Positions 41,210-53,292 of a DNA stretch of 64,000 bases are shown one piece after another. This DNA is from an uncultured Acidobacteriota bacterium (lineage in GTDB: Bacteria > Acidobacteriota > Thermoanaerobaculia > UBA5066 > Gp7-AA6), in assembly GCA_963764715.1 (NCBI GenBank), contig CAVXTP010000013.1, forward strand, positions 116,655 to 180,654, written 5' to 3'. The position numbers were made by a program, and so were the translations under genes. Within the stretch, counting starts at the first letter, position 1, and the number at the start of each line of letters is the position of its first letter. A model generated the notes under the pieces. The model had not been told where the DNA came from. It saw only the letters and a list, made by a program, of their open reading frames with translations, and did not search any database.

Positions 41210-42424
41210 ATGCAGCTGCCGATCTACCTCGATTTCCACGCCACGACGCCCGTCGATCCGCGTGTCCTGGAGGCGATGACGCCGTACTTCACGCGCGTCT
41301 TCGGGAACCCGGCCTCGCGCGGACACGTCTTCGGCTGGGAGGCGGAGGCCGCCGTCGACGCGGCGCGCGACCAGGTGGCGCGGGCGATGAACGCCGCGGC
41401 GAAGGAGATCGTCTTCACCTCCGGCGCGACGGAGTCGGACAACCTCGCGATCCTCGGCGTGGCGCGCCTCTTCAAGGCGAAGGGCGGCCACGTGATCACG
41501 GCGCCGACCGAGCACTCGGCCGTCCTCGACGCCTGCCGGGAGCTCGAGCGCGAAGGATTCGCCGTCACGTACCTCCAGCCCGAGACGACCGGCGAGATCC
41601 CGCCCGAGCGCGTGCGGGAGGCCATCACGGAGAAGACCGTCCTCGTCTCGCTGATGCTCGCCAACAACGAGATCGGAACGATCCAGCGCATTGCCGAGAT
41701 CGGCGCGATCTGCCGCGAGAAGGGGGTCTACTTCCACACCGACGCCGTGCAGGGATTCGGCAAGATCCCGTTCGACGTCGAGGCGATGAACGTCGACCTC
41801 GCCTCGATCTCCGCGCACAAGATCTACGGCCCCAAGGGCGTCGGGGCCCTCTACGTGCGATCCCGCAACCCGCGCGTGCGGCTCGAGCCGATCGTGTTCG
41901 GCGGCGGGCACGAGCGCGGAATGCGCTCGGGCACCCTCAACGTGCCCGGCATCGTGGGGCTCGGCAAGGCCGCGGAGCTCGCGGTCGGGGAGATGCCGCA
42001 GGAAACCCCGCGGATGCGCCGGCTGCGCGGCCGGCTCCACGACGCGATCGTGTCGCGGGTGGCGGACGCGACGTTGAACGGCGCGCCGCTGCCTGCGATC
42101 GGGCCGGACGGCGCGCTCGCGCCCGGAGCCGTCGAGCGGCGGCTCCCGGCCAACCTCAATCTCTCTTTCGCCGGCGTCGAGGGCGAGGCCCTCCTCGTCA
42201 GCATGAAGGACGTCGCGGTCTCCTCGGGCTCGGCGTGCACGTCGGCGTCCCTCGAGCCGTCGCACGTCCTGACGGCGATCGGCGTGCCGCCGGAGCTGGC
42301 CCACGCCTCGATCCGGTTCGGCGTGGGTCGCTGGACCACCGAGGAGGAAGTGGACTACGCCGCGGGCGTGACCGTCGGGGCCGTCTCGCGCCTTCGGGAG
42401 AAGTCGCCGCTCGCCCGCGCGTAG
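41210..42424 (+). CDS. iscS: Cysteine desulfurase, IscS/NifS type
   Basis: [35 protein letters not shown] (PLP Lys), SSGSACTS. Confidence 0.93.
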   Translation: MQLPIYLDFHATTPVDPRVLEAMTPYFTRVFGNPASRGHVFGWEAEAAVDAARDQVARAMNAAAKEIVFTSGATESDNLAILGVARLFKAKGGHVITAPTEHSAVLDACRELEREGFAVTYLQPETTGEIPPERVREAITEKTVLVSLMLANNEIGTIQRIAEIGAICREKGVYFHTDAVQGFGKIPFDVEAMNVDLASISAHKIYGPKGVGALYVRSRNPRVRLEPIVFGGGHERGMRSGTLNVPGIVGLGKAAELAVGEMPQETPRMRRLRGRLHDAIVSRVADATLNGAPLPAIGPDGALAPGAVERRLPANLNLSFAGVEGEALLVSMKDVAVSSGSACTSASLEPSHVLTAIGVPPELAHASIRFGVGRWTTEEEVDYAAGVTVGAVSRLREKSPLARA

Positions 42425-42438
42425 CCTTCGACTTCGGT

Positions 42439-45400
42439 TTGACCCGGTTGTTCACGGACCTCGTCCGCGGTGTCCCGTCGTACACCGGCCTCCTCGAGAG
42501 GGTCCGGCGGGGGGAAGACCGTCTCGTCGTCGCGGGCGGGGTCGGGGCGCTGCCGGCGGCGGTCGTCGCGGCGCTCTCCGGGGACCTCGGCCGGTCGGTG
42601 GCCGTCGTGGTCGCGACCGAGCGGGACGCCGAGCAGTGGCTCGGCGACCTCGCTGCGGCGGGCCTCGAGCGCGTCTTCCACGCCCCGGCGCCGACCCTGA
42701 CGCCGTACCAGCGCATCCCGGCATCGCTGAAGTCCCGGCGCGACGAGTTTTCCCTTTTGACCGCCCTCGCGGCGGGCGGGCCGCCGATCGGCGCCGTCCT
42801 GCCGGCGCGCGCTCTCTTCACCCGGCTGCCGGACCCCGCCCGCTTTTACGGGCTCTTCCTGCGCATCCGCGAAGGCGAGGAGCTCTCCCTCGCGAAGACC
42901 GTCGAGCGGCTCGTGCGGCTCGGCTACCGGCGCTCGGACCTGGTCGTCGAGACCGGCGACCTCGCCGTGCGGGGCGGCCTGTTCGACGTCTTCCCGCCCG
43001 ACCGGGATCTGGCCGTGCGCGTCGAGCTCGACGGCGACACCGTCGCGTCGCTGCGGCTCTTCGACCCCGACACCCAGCGCTCGCGCGAGAAGATCGCGGA
43101 GGTCGCGCTCGCGCCCTTCGCCGCGTCGGAGGAGTCCGAGGAGGCGCGGCGGCTCATGACCGAACGGATCGGACGCCTTCCCTCGGAGGCCGAGCGCCTC
43201 GTCTTCGCGCCGGCCGTCTCGGCGATGCCGGCGGGCTGGCTCGAGCACGCGGCGGCGGCGCTCACGATCGTCGTCGAGCCGGCGTCGGTCGAAGAGGAGC
43301 TCGCGGGCTTCGCCGGGCGCCTGGAGGCGGACCGCGATCCGGACCGGGATGCGTTTTCCCCCGAGGAGCTGATGCATCCGGCCGACCGGATCCGCGAGCG
43401 CCTCGAGGCGGCGGGCCTCCGGTTCGACCGGCTCGGGGCCGGCGCGCCGAGCGACCGGACGATCCGCCTGCCCGCCGAGGCGATCGCCGGCCATGACGGC
43501 CGGGCCGCGGAGGCCGCCGCCGACCTGACCCGGGCGCTCGCCTCGGGCGAGGAGGTCTTCGTCGCGACGCGTCCGACCGGAGGCGCGGAGAAGCTCCGGC
43601 GGCTGGCGATCGAGTACGGGTTCCACGTCTCGTCCGAGCGCCGCGAGGGCGTCGTCGTCTCGATCGCGGCGGAGATCTCGGCCGGCTTCCGCCTGCGCGA
43701 GCCGCGCCTCGCCCTCTACTCCGAGGAGGAGATCTTCGGCGAGGAGCGGCGCTCGGCGACCGCGCGCCGCCGGCCCGCGGAGGCGTTCCTCTCCGACCTG
43801 CGGGACCTGAAGCTCGGCGACGCCGTCGTCCACGCCGACTACGGCATCGGCCTCTTCCGGGGCCTGAAGCGATTCCCGGTCGAGGGCGAGGAGCGCGAGT
43901 TCATGGAGATCGAGTACGCCGACCAGAAGACGCTCCTGCTGCCGGTCGAGCGGTTCGACCTCGTCCAGAAGTACTCGGGCGTCGAGGACGTCGAGCCCGT
44001 TCTCGACAAGCTCGGCGGCGCCGGCTGGGGCCGGCGCAAGGCGTCCGTGCGCAAGGCGATGCGCGACATGACCGACCAGCTCCTGAAGCTCTACGCGCGC
44101 CGCAGCACCGCCGAGGGCTTCGCCTTCTCGAAGGACTCGCCGTGGCAGAAGGAGTTCGAGGACGCCTTCGAGCACGTCGAAACGCCCGACCAGGCCCAGG
44201 CGATCGCCGACGTCAAGCGCGACATGCAGTCGTCCAAGCCCATGGACCGGCTGCTGTGCGGCGACGTGGGCTACGGCAAGACCGAGGTCGCCATGCGGGC
44301 GGCGATGAAGGCGGTCCTCGACGGCAAGCAGGTCGCGCTGCTCGCGCCGACGACGATCCTGGCCGACCAGCACTTCCGGACGTTCCAGCGGCGCTTCTCG
44401 GCGTTCCCCGTCGTCATCGAGCTGCTCTCGCGTTTCCGGACGCGGCAGGAGCAGAAGGAGGTCGTGGCGAAGGTCGCCGACGGCTCGGTCGACATCCTCA
44501 TCGCCACGCACCGGATGCTCGGCAAGGACCTCGCATTCCGCGACCTCGGCCTCCTCATCGTCGACGAGGAGCAGCGGTTCGGGGTCGCGCAGAAGGAGCG
44601 GATCAAGGAGTGGAAGGCCTCGATCGACGTGCTCGCGATGTCGGCCACGCCGATCCCGCGCTCGCTGCACCTTTCGCTCTCGGGGCTGCGGGACCTCTCG
44701 ATCATCGAGACGCCGCCGCGCGACCGGCTGGCGATCGAGACGCAGGTCGTGCCGTCGAAGCCCGACATCATCCGCGAGGCGATCGAGGCGGAGCTCGAGC
44801 GGGGCGGCCAGGTCTTCTTCGTCCACAACCGGATCGAGTCGATCGGGCGGGTCAAGCAGATGCTCGAGGAGCTGCTGCCCTCGGTCCGCATCGCGGTCGC
44901 CCACGGACAGATGCCGGAGACCGAGCTCGAGAAGGCGATGGTCCGGTTCTTCACGCGGGCGGCCGACGTGCTGCTCGCCACCGCGATCGTCGAGAACGGG
45001 CTCGACATTCCGTCGGCGAACACGATCCTGATCGACCGGGCCGACACCTTCGGCCTCGCCCAGCTCTACCAGCTCCGGGGCCGCGTCGGCCGGAGCGACA
45101 AGCCGGCCTACGCCTACCTGCTCGTCGAGCCCACCGCCGCGCTCTCGGACGTCGCGCGCCGCCGGCTCGCCTCGATCCAGGAGTTCTGCGACCTCGGCGC
45201 GGGCTTCCGCATCGCCGCCAAGGACCTCGAGATCCGCGGCTCCGGCAACATCCTGGGCGGCGAGCAGTCCGGCCACATCGCCGCCGTCGGGTTCGAGACG
45301 TACCTCTCGCTGCTCGAGGAGGCGATCCGGGAGATGCGCGGGGAGGAGGCGCTGCCGGAGCGTTCCCTGACGATGTCGCTCGGGCTCGACCTCGCGATCC

Positions 45401-45798
45401 CGCACGACTACGTGCCCGACGAGAGCTGGCGGATGATGATCTACAAGAAGGTGGCGCGCGCCTCCGACGACGCGGCCCTCGAGGAGGCGCGCCGGGAGAT
45501 CGCCGACCGGTTCGGCGAGCCGCCGGCCGCGGTCGGGCGTCTCATCGCCTATGCGCGGCTGCGCGCCGCCGCCGAACGCCTGGGTGTCACGTCGCTGACG
45601 CGTCAGGCCGGCCGGGTGCACGTCCGGTTCGCCGAGAATGCGCCGGTCGATCCCGGCCGGCTTCTCGCGTTCGTCCGGGAGCGGCCCGGGGCGAGCTTCT
45701 CGCCGGCCCGCGTCCTGACACTTCCGGCCCCGGAGGGGGACACTCTGCTGCCGGCCCTGAACGATCTCCTCCCGCGCTTCGGCGCGGTTCCCGCGTAG
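42439..45798 (+). CDS. mfd: Transcription-repair coupling factor
   Basis: RGGLFDVFP, CGDVGYGKTEVA, DEEQRFG, SATPIPR, QLRGRVGRS, DLEIRGSGNILG. The TTG start is approximate. Confidence 0.95.
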   Translation: MTRLFTDLVRGVPSYTGLLERVRRGEDRLVVAGGVGALPAAVVAALSGDLGRSVAVVVATERDAEQWLGDLAAAGLERVFHAPAPTLTPYQRIPASLKSRRDEFSLLTALAAGGPPIGAVLPARALFTRLPDPARFYGLFLRIREGEELSLAKTVERLVRLGYRRSDLVVETGDLAVRGGLFDVFPPDRDLAVRVELDGDTVASLRLFDPDTQRSREKIAEVALAPFAASEESEEARRLMTERIGRLPSEAERLVFAPAVSAMPAGWLEHAAAALTIVVEPASVEEELAGFAGRLEADRDPDRDAFSPEELMHPADRIRERLEAAGLRFDRLGAGAPSDRTIRLPAEAIAGHDGRAAEAAADLTRALASGEEVFVATRPTGGAEKLRRLAIEYGFHVSSERREGVVVSIAAEISAGFRLREPRLALYSEEEIFGEERRSATARRRPAEAFLSDLRDLKLGDAVVHADYGIGLFRGLKRFPVEGEEREFMEIEYADQKTLLLPVERFDLVQKYSGVEDVEPVLDKLGGAGWGRRKASVRKAMRDMTDQLLKLYARRSTAEGFAFSKDSPWQKEFEDAFEHVETPDQAQAIADVKRDMQSSKPMDRLLCGDVGYGKTEVAMRAAMKAVLDGKQVALLAPTTILADQHFRTFQRRFSAFPVVIELLSRFRTRQEQKEVVAKVADGSVDILIATHRMLGKDLAFRDLGLLIVDEEQRFGVAQKERIKEWKASIDVLAMSATPIPRSLHLSLSGLRDLSIIETPPRDRLAIETQVVPSKPDIIREAIEAELERGGQVFFVHNRIESIGRVKQMLEELLPSVRIAVAHGQMPETELEKAMVRFFTRAADVLLATAIVENGLDIPSANTILIDRADTFGLAQLYQLRGRVGRSDKPAYAYLLVEPTAALSDVARRRLASIQEFCDLGAGFRIAAKDLEIRGSGNILGGEQSGHIAAVGFETYLSLLEEAIREMRGEEALPERSLTMSLGLDLAIPHDYVPDESWRMMIYKKVARASDDAALEEARREIADRFGEPPAAVGRLIAYARLRAAAERLGVTSLTRQAGRVHVRFAENAPVDPGRLLAFVRERPGASFSPARVLTLPAPEGDTLLPALNDLLPRFGAVPA

Positions 45799-45836
45799 CC
45801 GGGCTTTCGGGGAAATTCCGGCCGGAGGGCTGTGTT

Positions 45837-46841
45837 ATGAAGGGCCGCATGAAGCGGACGTTCCTCCTGCTCGCGGCCTTCGGCGCGGCCCTGGCCGTGC
45901 CCGCGGCCGAGCTCGTCGAGCGGATCGTGGCCCGCGTCAACGACCGGCTCATCACCCAGTCCGAGTACGACCGGCGCCTCGCCGTGGCCCTCAAGTCGGC
46001 CCGGGCCACGACCGACCAGGCGCAGCTGCGGACCCAGATCCTGGAGGACATGATCCGGGAGAAGCTGCTCGACGAGCGAGCCAAGGAGATGGCGGTCCAG
46101 GCCACCGACGAGGAGGTCGAGGCGGCGGTGCAGCGCGTCAAGGCGCAGTACAACCTCAAGACCGACGCCGAGTTCGACGCGGCGCTCGCCGATTCGGGCA
46201 TGAACCGCGACGACCTCCGGCGCCAGATGCGCGAGACGATCACGCTCCAGAAGGTCATCGGGCGCGACGTCGCCTCGCGGATGGACCTCTCCGACGACGC
46301 CCTCCGCGTCGAGTACGAGCGGCGCAAAGAGCAGTTTTACGCCGTTCCCGCGTCGGCGCACGTGGCCGAGATCGTCATCCGCTACTCGCCCGGCGACACG
46401 GCGGGGCAGGCGAGTGCCGCGATCAAGGTCGAGGAGATCCGCGAAAAGATCAAGACCGGGACGTCCTTCGCCGATCTCGCGAAGGACTCGTCGGAGGGAA
46501 ACACCCGCGACAAGGGCGGGGACCTCGGGACGGTCGCCAAGGGCGAGCTCGTCGAGGTGCTCGACGTCGCGATCTTCTCGAACAACGACGAGTACCCGGC
46601 GCCCGTGCTGATGCCGGACGCGATCCACCTCTTCCGCGTGACCGAGCGGAAGTCCGCGGGGTTCAAGCCGTTCGGCGAGGTCAAGGACGACCTGCGCAAG
46701 CGGATCTCCGACGAGCTCTACGAGAAGCGGTTCACCGAGTACATGGACAAGCTGCGGCGCGAGGCCTTCGTCAAGATCTACGACCCCGAGCTCGCGAAGC
46801 TCGACGAGAAGGCCAAGCTCGAAGAGAAGAAGGCATCCTAG
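45837..46841 (+). CDS. SurA/PrsA-like peptidyl-prolyl isomerase (SurA N-terminal plus PpiC domain)
   Basis: Signal peptide, VERIVARVND, SFADLAKDSS, KGGDLG; usual position after mfd. Confidence 0.88.
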   Translation: MKGRMKRTFLLLAAFGAALAVPAAELVERIVARVNDRLITQSEYDRRLAVALKSARATTDQAQLRTQILEDMIREKLLDERAKEMAVQATDEEVEAAVQRVKAQYNLKTDAEFDAALADSGMNRDDLRRQMRETITLQKVIGRDVASRMDLSDDALRVEYERRKEQFYAVPASAHVAEIVIRYSPGDTAGQASAAIKVEEIREKIKTGTSFADLAKDSSEGNTRDKGGDLGTVAKGELVEVLDVAIFSNNDEYPAPVLMPDAIHLFRVTERKSAGFKPFGEVKDDLRKRISDELYEKRFTEYMDKLRREAFVKIYDPELAKLDEKAKLEEKKAS

Positions 46842-46842
46842 G

Positions 46843-47697
46843 CTGGCCCTCCGGCTCTCCCTTCCCCCGAACTTCTCCTTCGACGCGGTCGTGCGCTCGC
46901 ACGGCTGGTACGACCTCCCGCCCTTCGCGTACGACCGCGGCGCCGGCACGCTCTCGACGCGGATCGAGGCCGGCGAGATCGTCTTCCGCGCCCGCCGCGG
47001 AGCGCTCGAGGCGTCGGGACCGGCCGGGAGGGCGGAGGCCGTGCGCATCGCGCGGCGGGTCTTCTCGCTCGACCTCGACCTCTCCGCCTTCGGCGCCTCG
47101 CTCGAGCCGGGCTCGCCGCTCGCCCGCGGGCTCGAGCGCGGCGGAGGCCGGATGCTCCGCGCGCCCGGGCTCTTCGAGGACGCGGTCAAGATGCTCCTGA
47201 CGACGAACTGCTCGTGGGAGGCGACGCGCGGCATGGTGGTCCGGCTCGTCGCGCTCGCCGGCCGCGACGGCGCCTTTCCCGGCGCCGAAGCGATCGCGCG
47301 GTTTCCGCCGGCGACGCTCAAGAGCCGCGTGCGCTGCGGGTACCGCGCCGTCGCCCTGTCGCGATTCGCGCGCCGCGTCGCGTCGGGCCGGCTCGACCTC
47401 TCGGCCTGGGAGAATCCCGCGACGGCCTCCGGGGAGGTCCGTGAAGCGATCCTCGCCGAGCACGGCTTCGGGCCGTACGCGGCGGAAGGCCTGCTCCGGA
47501 TCCTCGGCCGCCACGACTTCCTGGCGATCGACTCGTGGGTGAGAAAGAAGTACCGCCAGCTCCACCGCGGCCCGGCCAAGACGGTCGACGGCGCGATCGC
47601 GCGCCGGTACGCGAAGTTCGGCGCGTATCGCGGCCTCGCGTTGTGGCTGGAGCTGACCAACGACTGGCACGAAGGCCGCGAAACCGTATGGCCCTGA
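46843..47697 (+). CDS. HhH-GPD superfamily DNA glycosylase (AlkA/OGG-like)
   Basis: LFEDAVKMLLTTNCSW, CGYRA, GFGPYAAE, LAIDSWV. Start uncertain: CTG 46843 or GTG 46891. Confidence 0.8.
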   Translation: MALRLSLPPNFSFDAVVRSHGWYDLPPFAYDRGAGTLSTRIEAGEIVFRARRGALEASGPAGRAEAVRIARRVFSLDLDLSAFGASLEPGSPLARGLERGGGRMLRAPGLFEDAVKMLLTTNCSWEATRGMVVRLVALAGRDGAFPGAEAIARFPPATLKSRVRCGYRAVALSRFARRVASGRLDLSAWENPATASGEVREAILAEHGFGPYAAEGLLRILGRHDFLAIDSWVRKKYRQLHRGPAKTVDGAIARRYAKFGAYRGLALWLELTNDWHEGRETVWP

Positions 47698-47731
47698 ACT
47701 CTCAACGACAGGTAAGGCGCGGCCCCGGGTC

Positions 47732-47757
47732 GTAGGGGCGGGGCTTGTCCCCGCCCT
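47732..47757 (+). repeat. GTAG-type REP-like palindrome
   Basis: GTAG followed by GGGCGGGG-CTTGT-CCCCGCCC, downstream of the glycosylase. Confidence 0.6.
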
Positions 47758-47905
47758 CCCGGCCGTCGCTCCACGGCGAGAAACACCACGCTTGGGAGAT
47801 TCGGCGAGCGCGATGCACAACCACTTGTGCGACGCCGCTCCGACGCTCGATGCGTCGGCTTACGCCCGTTTAGCGCTCCGAATTTTTTAAGGCAAACGAC
47901 TTCCC

Positions 47906-47976
47906 TTGACTAATAAAGCTTGGCGCTCCTAACATCCGCGCAGTGGCCAATTCTGGTTAAAAGTGGGAGAAAGTGG
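47906..47976 (+). promoter_or_regulatory. dcw promoter with MraZ-binding direct repeats
   Basis: TTGACT(47906)-N18-TAACAT(47930); (G/C)TGG boxes at 47943, 47953, 47963 and 47973 with exact 10-bp period. Confidence 0.8.
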
Positions 47977-48006
47977 TCCCGGAGCGCCGACGGGATCCCA
48001 AATTGA

Positions 48007-48453
48007 ATGGATCGCTTTCGAGGAAGCGCGCCGGCCCGTCTCGACGAGAAGGGTCGGCTGAAGGTGCCGAATCTTTTTCGGCAGCAGATCGAAGAGGCCT
48101 TCGGGCGCGATCTCTTCGTGACCTCGATCCACGGGCGCAACTTCCTTCTCTATCCGCTCCCGATCTGGCGGCAGCTCGAAGAGAAGCTCGCCGAGCTTCC
48201 GGCGATCCATCGCGCGAAGAACAAGTTTCTCGAGCGCGTCAACTACTTCGGCCAGGACGCCGCGATCGACGCGCAGGGGCGCGTCCTGGTCCCGCAGATC
48301 CTGCGCGACTCGGCGAAGCTCGCGCCCGACGTCGTCGTGACGGGGAACATCGATCACCTCGTCGTCTCCGACCGCGGCGCGCTCGCCAAGCGGCTTTCGA
48401 CCGAGGAGTTCGGGCCCGAGGACTACGACGAGCTCTCGAAGCTCCTTTTGTGA
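48007..48453 (+). CDS. mraZ: Division/cell wall cluster transcriptional repressor MraZ
   Basis: Two DxxGR motifs (LDEKGRLKVP, IDAQGRVLVP); heads the dcw cluster. Confidence 0.93.
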   Translation: MDRFRGSAPARLDEKGRLKVPNLFRQQIEEAFGRDLFVTSIHGRNFLLYPLPIWRQLEEKLAELPAIHRAKNKFLERVNYFGQDAAIDAQGRVLVPQILRDSAKLAPDVVVTGNIDHLVVSDRGALAKRLSTEEFGPEDYDELSKLLL

Positions 48454-48468
48454 ACGGGAGACGAAGCC

Positions 48469-49422
48469 ATTGAACCGCCGCCGCTCCACACGCCGGTCCT
48501 TCTCGAGGAGGTCGTGGAGTGGCTCGCGCCCGGGCGCGGCGGGTTCTTCGTCGACGCGACGCTCGGCGCGGGCGGCCACGCGGAGGCCCTTCTCGACCGC
48601 GGGCCCGCGATCCGGCTTCTCGGCATCGACCGGGACCCCGACGCGCTCGCGCGCGCTGGGGAACGGCTGGCGCGGTTTTCCGGCCGCGTGCGTCTCGTCG
48701 AGGCCGACTTCGGCGACCTCGACGAGGTGCTCGAAGGCTCGCCCGCGCCCGACGGGATCCTCGCGGACCTCGGCGTCTCTTCGATGCAGCTCGATCAGGG
48801 CGAACGCGGCTTCTCGTTCCGGCGGGACGGGCCGCTCGACATGCGCATGGGAAGAAGCGGCCGGAGCGCGGCCGACATCGTGGCCACGGCTTCGGTCGAG
48901 GAACTGACACGGATTTTCCGTGATTTTGGGGAGGAGCGAATGGCGGCAAAGATCGCGCGGGGTATCGTGGCGGAGCGGACTCGAGGCCCCATCCAGACGA
49001 CCCGGCAGCTCGCCCGCATCGTGGCGGGAGCGAAGGGGACGCGGGAGAAGATCGATCCGGCCACGCGCGTCTTCCAGGCGCTGCGGATCGAGGTCAACCA
49101 GGAGCTCGTCGCGCTCGCCCGGTTTCTCGCCGCCGCCTCGGCGCGCCTGAATCAGGGGGGGCGCCTCGCCGTCATCTCGTATCACTCGCTCGAGGACCGG
49201 ATCGTCAAGGACGTGTTCCGCCGCGAATCGGGCGTGTGCCTGTGCCCGCCGAAGCTGCCGGCCTGCGTCTGCGGGGCGCGGACGGCGCTCAAGGTCCTGA
49301 CGCGCCGGCCGATCCGGCCCGGCGACGCCGAGGTCGCCCGCAACCCGCGCTCCCGGAGCGCGCGCCTGCGCGTCGCCGAGAAGGTCGCGGACCCGGCCGA
49401 AATCCTGGCGCAGGTGGTGTGA
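48469..49422 (+). CDS. rsmH: 16S rRNA m4C1402 methyltransferase; probable ATT start
   Basis: HTPVLLEEV, DATLGAGGHA, DLGVSSMQLD, GPLDMRM, HSLEDRIVK, NPRSRSARLR. Confidence 0.93.
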   Translation: MEPPPLHTPVLLEEVVEWLAPGRGGFFVDATLGAGGHAEALLDRGPAIRLLGIDRDPDALARAGERLARFSGRVRLVEADFGDLDEVLEGSPAPDGILADLGVSSMQLDQGERGFSFRRDGPLDMRMGRSGRSAADIVATASVEELTRIFRDFGEERMAAKIARGIVAERTRGPIQTTRQLARIVAGAKGTREKIDPATRVFQALRIEVNQELVALARFLAAASARLNQGGRLAVISYHSLEDRIVKDVFRRESGVCLCPPKLPACVCGARTALKVLTRRPIRPGDAEVARNPRSRSARLRVAEKVADPAEILAQVV

Positions 49423-49432
49423 CACCGCGACC

Positions 49433-49793
49433 ATGAGCACCGTCTACGCCCAGACGAAGCGCGTCGAAAACCTGCACCTGACGCGCGAGCGCGACCGCCG
49501 CCGCGGGCGGGAGCTCGCGACGCTGCTGCTCGCCGGGCTGCCGATCGCGTGCGCGCTGCTCGCCTACGCGGCCCTCCACATCGAGACGGTGCGCGTCGGG
49601 TTACATCCGCGAGGCGCGGCAGAAGCAGGTCGCGGTCGCAAACGAGGAGAACCGGCGGCTGCGCGCCGAGCTCGCGCAGGCCTCCTCGCCCGAGCGGGTC
49701 GCGGACGTCGCCCGTCGCAAGGGGCTGCGGCCGCCGCATCCCGGGCAGGTCCAGGTCGTCGAGGCGCCCGTCGGCGGAGGCGCCGCGCGATGA
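49433..49793 (+). CDS. ftsL: Cell division protein FtsL, interrupted by an apparent 1-nt insertion near 49598-49601
   Basis: Frame 1 gives the cytoplasmic tail and TM up to ...VRVG. The +1 frame continues YIREARQKQ...ENRRLRAELAQASSPERVADVARRKGL to TGA 49791-49793. Confidence 0.8.
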
Positions 49794-51828
49794 ACGGCGT
49801 CCGGCGGGGCCGCACGCGCCTCTTCGCGCTGATCCTCGCGATCTGGGGCGCGGTCGTCGTCGGCCGGCTCGTCCAGATCCAGATCGCCGAGGGCTCGCGC
49901 TACCGCGCCCGCGCGCAGCGGCAGCAGGAGCGGCGGATCGAGATCCCCGGCCAGCGCGGCTCGATCCTGGACCGCGAGGGGCGCGAGCTCGCCGTGTCCG
50001 TCGAGTCGGCGTCCATCTACGCGATCCCCGACGACGTCCAGGATCCGGCGGCGGCGGCGGAGCGCCTGGCCCCGGTCCTCGGCCTGTCCACGCACGAGGT
50101 GCTCGAGAAGCTCCGGAGCGACCGCGGCTTCGTCTGGATTCGCCGGCAGCTCGACCCGGATGCGACCGACCGCATCCGCGCGTTCAAGCTGCCCGGCATT
50201 CACTTCGTGGCCGAGCCCAGGCGCTTCTATCCGAAGGGCCGCCTCGCCGGCGCCGTGCTCGGGTTCGTCGGGACCGACGCCGTGGGTCTCGCGGGGCTCG
50301 AGCACTACTACGACGGCGCGATCCGCGGAAAGCCCGGCGAGCTCGTGGCTCTGACCGACGCGCGCCGCAGCCGGTACGGCGAGGCCGAGGCGGCCAACAG
50401 CCGCCCGGCCGAGGAAGGCGCGACGCTCGTCCTCTCGCTCGACTCAGGCGTGCAGTTTGCGGCCGAGCGCGAGCTCGCCGACGCCATGCGCGAGCACCGC
50501 GCCCGCTCGGGCTGCATCGTCGTCATGGACCCCGAGAACGGCGAGGTGCTGGCGATGGCCTCGGCGCCGGACTTCGACCCCAACGCCTACGGCAAGTTCT
50601 CCCCGGAGACGTGGCGCAATCGCGCGATCGCGGATTCCTACGAGCCCGGCTCGACCTTCAAGATCGTGACGGGCGCCCTCGGCCTCGATCGGGGCGTGGT
50701 CTCGCTCGACGAGATCATCGACACGGGCGACGGGACCATCCGGGTCGCCAGCACGACGATCCAGGAGGACAAGAACCATCACTACGGCGCGCTGACGCTC
50801 GCCGGAGTCTTCGAGAAGTCGTCGAACATCGGCATCATCCGGGTCGGCCTGCGGCTCGGCGCGCGGCCCCTGTACGAGGGCGCCTCGGCATTCGGCGTCG
50901 GCCGGCCGACGGGCGTCGACCTGCCGGGCGAGAACCCCGGGATCTTCCGTCCCGTCGCCCGGTGGTCGGGCCTCTCGACCGCCTCGATCTCGATGGGGCA
51001 GGAGGTCTCCCTCAACGCGCTCCAGCTCGCGCGGGTCACGGCGGTCGTCGCCAACGGCGGATTCCTCGTCCAGCCGCACCTGGTGACCCGCATCGTCGAG
51101 CCGGGCGGCCGCGAGCGCGCCCTGCCGCCCGCCGAGCGCGTGCGGGTCCTGTCGCCCCGGACCGCCGAGTCGATCTCGAAGATCCTCGTCGGCGTCGTCG
51201 AGCACGGCACCGGCACCCGGGCCGCGATCCCGGGCTTCGCCGTGGCCGGAAAGACCGGAACCGCGCAGAAGGCGGGCGTCGGCGGCTACCAGGCCGGGCG
51301 CCACGTGCCGAACTTCGCCGGCTTCGCTCCCGCGGACAATCCGCGCTGCGTCGCGGTCGTCGTCCTCGAGGAGCCCCAGGGCAAGTACTACGCGGCGGAA
51401 GTCGCCGCGCCGCTCTTCGCGCGCGTCGTGGCGCAGACGCTCGGGATCCTGCGCGTCGCGCCGCGCGAGCAGCGCGTTCCCGAGACGATGCTCGCGCAGG
51501 CGCCCCCGCCCGTGCGCTACCAGGCCGGCGTCGTGCCCGCGGCGGCCCGGCGCGGCGGATCGGCGTCCTTCGCCGGCCCGGCCGACGCGCCCGACCGCAC
51601 GCCGAGCGTCCTCGGCCTCTCGGCGCGCGAGGCCGTCGCCATCTTCGCCCGGACGGGCCTGCTCGCCCGGCTCCAGGGAAGCGGCTTCGTCGTGGCCCAG
51701 GATCCGCCGCCCGGATCGCCCGTGCGGACCGGGTCCGTTCAGACGCTCTTTCTCGCCGACAGCGCGGAAGCGCCGGCCCCGGCGGCCGGCCGCCGTGCGG
51801 AGGAGACGGTCCCGCCTCCTTCGGCCCC

Positions 51829-51832
<4 letters not shown>
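49790..51832 (+). CDS. ftsI: Penicillin-binding protein 3 with PASTA-like C-terminus
   Basis: RGSILDREG, EPGSTFK (SxxK), SSNIG (SxN), GKTGTAQ (KTG). Confidence 0.93.
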
Positions 51833-53288
<1,456 letters not shown>

Positions 53289-53292
<4 letters not shown>

